Below are positions 1-6,341 of a DNA stretch of 10,675 bases, piece by piece (position 1 is the first letter of the stretch; each line of letters begins with the position of its first letter). The position numbers and the translations under genes are program-made. The notes under the pieces are model-generated. The model was not told the DNA's origin. It did not search any database and worked only from the letters and a program-made list of their open reading frames with translations. The DNA is taken from positions 1 to 10,675 of the forward strand of contig JBBQEB010000132.1 of NCBI GenBank assembly GCA_038320275.1. The letters run 5' to 3'. Origin of the DNA: Myxococcales bacterium (GTDB taxonomy: Bacteria > Myxococcota > Myxococcia > Myxococcales > Anaeromyxobacteraceae).

Positions 1-217
1 GCTCTGCCCTCCCCAGCTTCGCTGGGACCCCTCCCGGCCCGCGTCATAGAACGGGGCTGCGCCCCGCCCCGCCGAGCGAAGCTCGGCGAGGGCCCCACCC
101 CGCTCGCAGGGTCCCACGCTCGCTTCGCTCGCTGTCCCTGCCGGGAGGGCTCTGCCCTCCCCAGCTTCGCTGGGACCCCTCCCGGGCCGCGTCATAGAAC
201 GGGGCTGCGCCCCGCCC
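1..217. repeat. Direct repeat with 148-bp period, built of GC-rich hairpins (REP/BIME-like), truncated at the left window edge
   Basis: 1-69 and 149-217 match at 68/69 nt (only mismatch C38 vs G186). Hairpins: CCCAGC-TTC-GCTGGG (12-26, 160-174), CGGGGC-TGC-GCCCCG (52-66, 200-214), CGCCGAGC-GAA-GCTCGGCG (70-88), GCAGGG/CCCTGC (106-111/136-141), GGGAGGGC-TCT-GCCCTCCC (143-161). Confidence 0.9.
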
Positions 218-1651
218 TCAGGTCGAGCGCGACGGCCGGTGACGCGGGCCGCGAGCGCTGCGCCGGCCCGCGGGCGCCCGGCGAGGCGGTCGAGGGGAAG
301 GTGGCGCCCGGGGAGGCGCTTCGCGCGCGGCCGTGACCGCTGGCGTCGCCTCGACCTCTCCCCGCCGCTTCGCCTGCCGCTCGCGCTTCTTGGCGAGGAA
401 GCCCGTCTTGCGGCGCTGCTCGTGCATCTCGGCCGCGGTGGGGGGCGGCTTGGGCGCCGCCTTGGCCACCGGGGCCTTGGGCTGGAGCGTCCACCAGAAC
501 AGGCGCTTCACCACCAGCGTCGCGTAGGCGCCGGGAGGCAGGGTGAACGCCACGTTCACCCTCAGGCGACCCTGGGTGAGCTCGTCTTCCCGCGCCTCGC
601 CCACGCGCAGCTTGCCAGGCACGACGAGGAGCGGCCGCTCCTCGGGGTCGAAGTGGATCTGCGGCGCGCCCGGTACGGCCAGGCTCTCGAGCGTCATGTC
701 CTCGCGCCCCAGCACCCCCAGCGCAGCCTTCTTCACCACCGGGTCGTCGATGCGGGATGCGGGCGCCAGCAGCGGAAAGGTCCTGTCCTGGAGGAGCCGA
801 GCCAGCTCGGCGTCCACCGCCCGCGGGAAGAAGAGCGTCCCGGCCTGGTAGCGGATCGCGACCAGCCGCTCCAGCCCCACCACCTCGCGCAGGTACGCCT
901 TCACGCCCTCGTTCCAGAGCCAGCTCTGGTACGCGAAGACCTGGAGGCCGCGCCAGCGGGGCTCGGTGCGCAGGAACGCGCCCAGGTAGTCCGTCGGATG
1001 AAGCCGGAGCCAGCGCAGGACCGGCGCGTAGCGCTCCGCGCCGGGGTAGGGGTTCTTGAGATGCCACTCCCCCCAGTGCTCCTTCCAGAAGCCTTTCACG
1101 CGCGCGTCGTCGGTGCGGTCGAGCTCGCTGGGGCGGGCGAGGTGGTTGCGCAGCGCGGACTCCGCGTCGCCGCGCATGAGGTCCTTCACCAGGAAGCCCT
1201 GCCCGTGCTTGAGCGAGCCGAAGCGCTGCGAGTCGAAGTAGTTCACCACCCCGATGCGCTGGACCTCCGCCACCGAGGAAACCAGCCGCGCGACGTCCTC
1301 CTCGGACAGGTCGCGGACGGTGACGGCGAAGCGGTTGGAGGTGGTGTTGGCCGCGCTGAGGGGGGCCCCGGTGCGGCCCATCGGCTTGAGGCGCAGATCG
1401 GGGTCCTGGATCTCGACCGGCTTGCCCTCGACGGCGATGAGCTGGGTGGTCCGGCCCTGCTTGTCCTTGAGCCCGCAGTACGAGACCGCGCTCGGCTGGA
1501 CGTGCGCGCGCGCGCAGATCCGCTCCACTGCCTCGAAGGTGGAGAGCTTCTGCTTGTCCATCAGGTAGACGAACCACCGCCCGCGCGGCTCGGGGTCGAA
1601 TCGCCACGACTCGCTGACGGAGAAGTCCTCCGGGCGCTGCTTGAGCTTCAC
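218..1651 (-). CDS. truD: tRNA pseudouridine(13) synthase TruD, 477 aa
   Basis: Motifs KQRPEDF, catalytic GLKDK (GxKD), NYFDSQRFG, AYQSWLWN, FTLPPGAYAT. Start set at GTG 1651 (VKLKQRPEDF) with AAGGA upstream. The ORF-track extension to 1780 overlaps the upstream gene. Confidence 0.95.
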   Translation of the reverse strand: MKLKQRPEDFSVSESWRFDPEPRGRWFVYLMDKQKLSTFEAVERICARAHVQPSAVSYCGLKDKQGRTTQLIAVEGKPVEIQDPDLRLKPMGRTGAPLSAANTTSNRFAVTVRDLSEEDVARLVSSVAEVQRIGVVNYFDSQRFGSLKHGQGFLVKDLMRGDAESALRNHLARPSELDRTDDARVKGFWKEHWGEWHLKNPYPGAERYAPVLRWLRLHPTDYLGAFLRTEPRWRGLQVFAYQSWLWNEGVKAYLREVVGLERLVAIRYQAGTLFFPRAVDAELARLLQDRTFPLLAPASRIDDPVVKKAALGVLGREDMTLESLAVPGAPQIHFDPEERPLLVVPGKLRVGEAREDELTQGRLRVNVAFTLPPGAYATLVVKRLFWWTLQPKAPVAKAAPKPPPTAAEMHEQRRKTGFLAKKRERQAKRRGEVEATPAVTAAREAPPRAPPSPRPPRRAPAGRRSARGPRHRPSRST

Positions 1652-1676
1652 AGGGATCCTTCGGGCTGGAGGAGGG

Positions 1677-1871
1677 TCAGGCGGCGCTCTTCTCGCGATA
1701 GAAGAGCACGATGGTGAGGCAGTGGAACTCGTCGTCCGACGATTGCGTGACCACGCGGTCCACCACCTCGAGATCGGCATTCGAGCGGAGCCAGCGGGTC
1801 ACGTTGTCGCCGATCTCCTCGCGCTCCTTCGCCTTCGTCGCAGAGAAGATCTTGACCCCGCTGAAGCGCAC
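1677..1871 (-). CDS. Small hypothetical protein (about 64 aa; MRFSGVKIFSATKAKEREEIGDNVTRWL...QSSDDEFHCLTIVLFY)
   Basis: Protein-like composition with GC3-biased codons. GTG 1871 is preceded by GGGTGA and lies downstream of a strong sigma70-type promoter. From memory it resembles a myxobacterial small protein. An alternative start is GTG 1880. Confidence 0.8.
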   Translation of the reverse strand: MRFSGVKIFSATKAKEREEIGDNVTRWLRSNADLEVVDRVVTQSSDDEFHCLTIVLFYREKSAA

Positions 1872-1922
1872 GCCGTTCACCCTGTCGAACCCGCTCACCG
1901 TCACCCCCGAGGCGCCATGAAC

Positions 1923-1952
1923 ACCATAGCGTGCCGCTTTTTCGGCTGTCAA
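1923..1952 (-). promoter_or_regulatory. Sigma70-type promoter for the small gene and truD
   Basis: Minus strand reads TTGACA (1952-1947), 18 nt, TATGGT (1928-1923). A perfect -35 hexamer in GC-rich intergenic DNA. Confidence 0.7.
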
Positions 1953-1971
1953 AGGTTCGGCATGGGGCAAA

Positions 1972-1988
1972 CCGTGAGGACCTCACGG
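1972..1988. promoter_or_regulatory. Perfect inverted repeat CCGTGAGG-A-CCTCACGG, candidate operator
   Basis: 8-bp arms around a 1-nt centre, in the divergent intergenic region, 19 nt upstream of the TTGACA hexamer. Confidence 0.45.
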
Positions 1989-2058
1989 GAAATCGGCGGG
2001 TCGGGGAGGGCGCCGCGGCCCTTTGCAGGCGCGCCGACGCATGGTATCGGCTGGACGC

Positions 2059-2781
2059 ATGCTCATCGACGTGCACGTTCACAGCCACCACAGCCCAGGC
2101 TGCTCGCTCGCGCCGCGCGAGGTGGTGCGCCGCGCCCGCGAGGTGGGACTCGACGGCGTGGTCTTCACCGACATCAACTCGCTCGAGGGCCTGGAGGAGA
2201 TTCGCGCCGCCGGCCGCGAGGAGCGGTTCCTCGCCCTCTGCGGGGTGGAGCTGGTCACAGACCACGGGCACTACCTCTGCTACGTCCCGCAGCCGGACGC
2301 CGTCCCGGCCCCGCCGCAGCTGTTCGGCGCGACTCCGTGGCCCGCGCGCGACGTCGTGCGCCGGGTGCGCGAGCTGGGCGGCGCGGTCGTCGCGGCGCAC
2401 CCGTACGACAAGTCGGTGGCCCATCCCAGCGGAGACTTCATCTTCCTCCTGGAAGGACTCTGTGCCGTGGAGGGGCTGATGGCGCGGCGGGCGGGACCGG
2501 CCAACGACCTCGCGGTCGAGGCCGCCGACCACCTGAGCCTGCCCTGCGTCGGCGGCTCCGGCGCGCACCCCACGCTCGACGACCTGGGCAAGGCGGCAAC
2601 GCTCTTTCGCGAGCCGGTGTCGAGCGAGGCCGAGCTGGTCCGCCAGCTCCTTGCCGGCCACGTGTTCTGCGTCGCCATGGGCGTCACGCCGGGTACGGCG
2701 GAGCGCAGCCCGCCGCGGCGTGACCGCGGCGAGGACCGCGGCGGCGGGCGGGGGCGGCGCACCGGACGCGACCGGAGGTGA
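2059..2781 (+). CDS. PHP-domain (polymerase and histidinol phosphatase fold) protein, 240 aa, with several metal ligands substituted
   Basis: IDVHVHS, GLDGVVFTD, GVE, GHYL, AAHPY and GGSGAH occur in PHP motif order. Start at ATG 2059. Confidence 0.88.
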   Translation: MLIDVHVHSHHSPGCSLAPREVVRRAREVGLDGVVFTDINSLEGLEEIRAAGREERFLALCGVELVTDHGHYLCYVPQPDAVPAPPQLFGATPWPARDVVRRVRELGGAVVAAHPYDKSVAHPSGDFIFLLEGLCAVEGLMARRAGPANDLAVEAADHLSLPCVGGSGAHPTLDDLGKAATLFREPVSSEAELVRQLLAGHVFCVAMGVTPGTAERSPPRRDRGEDRGGGRGRRTGRDRR

Positions 2782-2825
2782 CCGCCGGGGCCGCTCGCCC
2801 GCGACCGGAGGGGGGACCAGCACAC

Positions 2826-2868
2826 CCCTGCCGGCGCGGCGGCGAACGATCCGCGCCGCGTCGCAGGG
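2826..2868. terminator. GC-rich stem-loop between convergent genes, possible terminator or RNA-stabilising hairpin
   Basis: CCCTGC-CGGCGCGG (2826-2839) pairs with CCGCGCCG (2851-2858) and GCAGGG (2863-2868). No U-tract on either side. Confidence 0.4.
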
Positions 2869-2878
2869 ACGACCGCTG

Positions 2879-3589
2879 TCAGCGGCTCTCGGTCCAGCGC
2901 TGCAGCTTGCCGTTCTGGAGGAACGCCCGGCGCTTTCCCTCCGACCAGATCCACTCCTCGGTGCCGGCGGGCCGGTCGACGACCTTGCGCTCCGGATAGC
3001 CCCACGACATCTCCAGCGCCTGGGAGCCCATCTCCTCCACCGGCGTCTTGCGCCTCACCGCATCGCGCTGCACGTCGGGCAGGGCGCGGAAGGCGGAGGT
3101 CGGGTCGCTGGTGGCGAGGAGGCGCGTCACCTCGAGCCGCACCTCCTCGGCGGTGGCGAGCGTCTGCGGAAGGACGACCACCAGCGGCCGCGACTCGCCG
3201 TCGAGAGACAGGTAGACCCACGGATGGTAGCGCGGCGTCATCACCACCCGCTTCGCGATGAGCCAGCCGGTGGGGAACTCCACCTTGTCCACCCGCACGC
3301 GCGTGCCCGGGGTGAGCACGCGCTCCACGCGTGGGGGCGGGATGCGCTCGCCGCCGGTGGACTGCAGGAGGTCCAGCTCCGAGAAAGGCTGGTCGGAGAC
3401 GAGGAGCTTGGTCGCGTCGCCGAAGAAAGGACCGACGTTCACCGCGACGGCGAGGAACCGGCTCTCACCCTCGAGCTCGCGCGAGGCCCGCTGGCGCTCG
3501 TCGTCGGGGACCGACGCGCGCGGAAAGCAGGCGCTCGCCGACAGCGTCAGCAGGGCGACGAAGAGGGGTGTGAACAGGAGTCGGCGCAT
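2879..3589 (-). CDS. Putative lipoprotein, 236 aa, function unknown
   Basis: ATG 3589: MRR, hydrophobic stretch, LSASA-C lipobox-like. The C-terminus (EMSWGYP...EEWIW...AFLQNGKL) resembles the SmpA/BamE-like pattern. Confidence 0.8.
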   Translation of the reverse strand: MRRLLFTPLFVALLTLSASACFPRASVPDDERQRASRELEGESRFLAVAVNVGPFFGDATKLLVSDQPFSELDLLQSTGGERIPPPRVERVLTPGTRVRVDKVEFPTGWLIAKRVVMTPRYHPWVYLSLDGESRPLVVVLPQTLATAEEVRLEVTRLLATSDPTSAFRALPDVQRDAVRRKTPVEEMGSQALEMSWGYPERKVVDRPAGTEEWIWSEGKRRAFLQNGKLQRWTESR

Positions 3590-3651
3590 CTCGCGTGTAT
3601 CGCACCCGCGCGCCAAGCCGACAAGTCGCGGCGGGCGCGGTCGCGGCCGAA

Positions 3652-3667
3652 GGACTAGATCTCGAGG
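3652..3667 (+). promoter_or_regulatory. Candidate NrdR box directly before the nrdJ start
   Basis: ggaCtAgATcTcGagg matches all six core positions of the NrdR consensus acaCwAtATaTwGtgt and abuts an RNR gene. Confidence 0.6.
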
Positions 3668-5467
3668 GTGGCGAGCCTCTCTCCGAATGCCCGCGCGGTG
3701 CTCGAGCGCAGGTACCTGCTTCGGGACGAGGCCGGCGCTCTCCGAGAAGACCCCGCGGGCCTCTGGCGGAGGGTCGCGCGAGCGGTGGCGCAGGCGGAGG
3801 ACCCGGTCCAGCGGGAGGCCTGGGCCGAGCGCTTCGAGGCGCGCATGGGAAGCCTCGAGCTGCTGCCCAACTCGCCGACCCTCATGAACGCCGGGCGCGA
3901 GGGCGGGCAGCTCGCCGCCTGTTTCGTGCTGCCCATCGAGGACGACCTCGCGTCCATCTTCGACGCGCTCAAGTGGGCAGCGCTCATCCACCAGTCCGGA
4001 GGCGGAACCGGCTTCTCCTTCTCACGCCTGCGGCCGCGCGGCGATCTCGTCCGGACCACCCACGGGGTGGCGAGCGGGCCGGTGTCGTTCATGCGCGTCT
4101 TCGACGCGGCCACCGAGACCATCAAGCAGGGCGGCGTCCGCCGTGGCGCGAACATGGCGGTGCTCGGCATCGATCATCCGGACGTCCTCGACTTCATCGA
4201 CGCGAAGCGCGGGCCCGGGCTCCAGAACTTCAACGTCTCGGTCGCCGCCACGGACGCCTTCATGGCCGCGGCGGCGCGGGGGGACCGCTTCGCGCTGCGC
4301 CATCCGCGCACCGGAGCGGTGCTGCGCGAACCTCCCGCGCGCGAGCTGCTCGACGCCATCGCGGCGGCGGCCTGGACCTCGGGCGAACCGGGCCTGCTCT
4401 TCCTCGACCGCATCGAGGCGGCGAACCCCACCCCGGACCTCGCCCGCTTCGAGGCGGTGAACCCGTGCGGTGAGCAGCCCCTGCTGCCGTTCGAGGCCTG
4501 CACGCTCGCCTCGGTGAACCTGGGGCTCTTCGCGGCGCCCGGCGGCGTGCACTGGCAGAGGCTGGGCGCCTGCGTGCGGGACGGGGTGCGGCTGCTCGAC
4601 GACGTGCTCGCGGTGAACGCCTGGCCGCTGCCGCAGATCGCGCAGGTCTCCGCCCGAAACCGCAAGATCGGGCTCGGGGTGATGGGGTGGGCCGATCTCC
4701 TGGTGCGGCTCGGCGTGCCCTACGACGATCCTGCCGCCCTGCGCCTCGCGGAGGAGCTGATGGGCTTCGTGCAGCGCGAGGCGCACGCCGCCAGCGAGGG
4801 GCTGGCGGTCGAGCGCGGGCCTTTCCCGGGCTGGCCCACCAGCCGCCCAGCGCAGGAGGGGCGTCGACCCCGGCGCAACGCCACCGTCACCACTCTCGCC
4901 CCCACGGGGACCCTGTCGGTCATCGCCGGCTGCTCGTCCGGCATCGAGCCTCTCTTCGCGGTGGCCTACGTGAGACGGGCGCTCGGGGACGCGGTTCTGG
5001 AAGAGGAGCACCCGGAGCTTCTGCCGCGACTGAGGGCGCTCGGCGGGGAGGGCGCGCTGCCGCGCATCCGTGAGAGCGGCAGGGCGCGCGGGGTGGCGGG
5101 CGTGCCGGACGCCGTGGGGCGGCTCTTCGCGACGGCCCACGACGTCACCCCGGAGGTGCACGTGCGGATGCAGGCCGCCTTCCAGCGCCACGTGGACAAC
5201 GGCGTCTCGAAGACGGTGAACCTGCCGCGCGAGGCCACCGTGGAGAGCGTGCGGGACGCCTACGCCCTCGCCTACGAGCTCGGCTGCAAGGGCATCACGG
5301 TGTACCGCGACGGAACGCGGGAGGGACAGGTGCTCACGGGTGGGCTTCGCCCCGCGCTCGCGGCGGAGGGGAGCGCCTGTCCGCAGTGCGGGGGCGAGCT
5401 CGTCCGGAGCGGTGGTTGCGAGACCTGCCGGAGCTGCGGGTACGCCACGTGCGAGACGGTGGAGTAG
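3668..5467 (+). CDS. nrdJ: Adenosylcobalamin-dependent (class II) ribonucleotide reductase, 599 aa
   Basis: PNSPTLMNAG, QLAACFV, GGGTG, RRGANM, NFNVSV, GEPGLLF, NPCGEQPL (thiyl Cys), EACTLAS, APTGT, KGITVYRDG and a C-terminal CPQC...CETCRSC...C cluster. No class I YY pair and no nrdB alongside. Confidence 0.93.
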   Translation: MASLSPNARAVLERRYLLRDEAGALREDPAGLWRRVARAVAQAEDPVQREAWAERFEARMGSLELLPNSPTLMNAGREGGQLAACFVLPIEDDLASIFDALKWAALIHQSGGGTGFSFSRLRPRGDLVRTTHGVASGPVSFMRVFDAATETIKQGGVRRGANMAVLGIDHPDVLDFIDAKRGPGLQNFNVSVAATDAFMAAAARGDRFALRHPRTGAVLREPPARELLDAIAAAAWTSGEPGLLFLDRIEAANPTPDLARFEAVNPCGEQPLLPFEACTLASVNLGLFAAPGGVHWQRLGACVRDGVRLLDDVLAVNAWPLPQIAQVSARNRKIGLGVMGWADLLVRLGVPYDDPAALRLAEELMGFVQREAHAASEGLAVERGPFPGWPTSRPAQEGRRPRRNATVTTLAPTGTLSVIAGCSSGIEPLFAVAYVRRALGDAVLEEEHPELLPRLRALGGEGALPRIRESGRARGVAGVPDAVGRLFATAHDVTPEVHVRMQAAFQRHVDNGVSKTVNLPREATVESVRDAYALAYELGCKGITVYRDGTREGQVLTGGLRPALAAEGSACPQCGGELVRSGGCETCRSCGYATCETVE

Positions 5468-5471
5468 GGGG

Positions 5472-6305
5472 CTACCCGTCCGCCTCCAGGAAGCGGTCGC
5501 CCAGCTCGCGGGAGCGCTTGGTGGCCGCCTCCACTGCGTTCATGAGCGTCGTGCGCAATCCGCCCGCCTCCAGCGTGTGCAGCCCGGCGATGGCCGTGCC
5601 GCCGGGGCTCGTCACCTGGTCCTTCAGCTTGCCAGGATGCTCGCCGGTCTCGATGAGGAGCTTCGCCGAGCCCAGGACCGTCTGGGCGGCGAGCTCCTGC
5701 GCCACCACGCGCGGCAGCCCCATCTTCACGCCGGCGTCGGAGAGCGCCTCGATGACGAGGAAGATGTAGGCGGGGCCGCTGCCGGAGAGGCCGGTGACGG
5801 CGTCGAGGAGCGACTCATCCACCACCACCGTCTTGCCGATGGCGTCGAAGAGGGCGCGCGCCTGGGCGAGATCGTCGTCGGTGGCGTGCTCACCCGCCGA
5901 GAGGGCGGTCGCCCCCGCCCCCACCAGCGCGGGCGTGTTGGGCATGGTGCGGACGATCCGCACCCCGCGTCCCACCTTCCGCTCGATGGCGGCGATGGGC
6001 ACCCCCGCCGCGATGGAGACGACGAGCTTCGTCTCGTCGAGCACGGGCGCGATCTCGGCGAGGAGCTTGTTCATGATCTGCGGCTTCACCGACAGCACGA
6101 TCAGCGCCGCCGCTCCAGCCGCTTCGGCGTTGGAGCGGGTGAACCGGACGCCGTAGCGGCCGGTGAGGAGCGCGCCCCGAGCGTCATCCCGGTCGCTGCA
6201 GACGATCTCGCCCGGATCGGCGACGCCGGCGCGCAGAAGCCCCTTCACGAGCGCTTCGGCCATGTTGCCCGCGCCGAGGAAGGCGATGGTCTTTCCGAGT
6301 GGCAT
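5472..6305 (-). CDS. proC: Pyrroline-5-carboxylate reductase, 277 aa
   Basis: FLGAGNMA Rossmann motif, LSVKPQ, SIAAGV, RTMPNTP, TGLSGSGPAY, VTSPGGT. Confidence 0.97.
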   Translation of the reverse strand: MPLGKTIAFLGAGNMAEALVKGLLRAGVADPGEIVCSDRDDARGALLTGRYGVRFTRSNAEAAGAAALIVLSVKPQIMNKLLAEIAPVLDETKLVVSIAAGVPIAAIERKVGRGVRIVRTMPNTPALVGAGATALSAGEHATDDDLAQARALFDAIGKTVVVDESLLDAVTGLSGSGPAYIFLVIEALSDAGVKMGLPRVVAQELAAQTVLGSAKLLIETGEHPGKLKDQVTSPGGTAIAGLHTLEAGGLRTTLMNAVEAATKRSRELGDRFLEADG

Positions 6306-6311
6306 GGGGGG

Positions 6312-6317
6312 AGTGTA
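6312..6317 (-). promoter_or_regulatory. -10 element of a probable leaderless proC promoter
   Basis: Minus strand reads TACACT-cccccc-ATG: a TANNNT hexamer 6 nt before the start, with no Shine-Dalgarno. Confidence 0.55.
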
Positions 6318-6341
6318 GGCGATCCTGAGGGCGGCGCCCGC

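Noticed and set aside
1..217. CRISPR array interpretation of the repeat
   Set aside because: The repeat (at least 69 nt) and intervening segment (79 nt) are too long, the intervening part is itself palindromic, and no cas genes are present.
192..1717. Long alternative-frame ORFs over truD (192..1607 -, 239..1717 +)
   Set aside because: Arg/Ala/Gly/Pro-rich shadow frames with no motifs, expected from stop-codon scarcity at high GC.
1652..1780. N-terminal extension of TruD in the ORF track
   Set aside because: It overlaps the small upstream gene, and family homology starts at VKLKQRPEDF (1651).
1974..1986. CRP/FNR site
   Set aside because: Spacing is GTGA-N5-TCAC rather than N6, and the flanking T/A bases are missing.
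2767..2811. 12-bp direct repeat CGCGACCGGAGG (2767-2778, 2800-2811)
   Set aside because: Short, GC-rich and enclosing only 21 nt. Nothing suggests a target-site duplication.
3590..3667. Cobalamin riboswitch upstream of nrdJ
   Set aside because: Only 78 bp of intergenic space and no recognisable B12-box.
3590..3991. Upstream extension of the 2879..3991 ORF
   Set aside because: It is antisense to nrdJ, and the signal peptide begins at ATG 3589.
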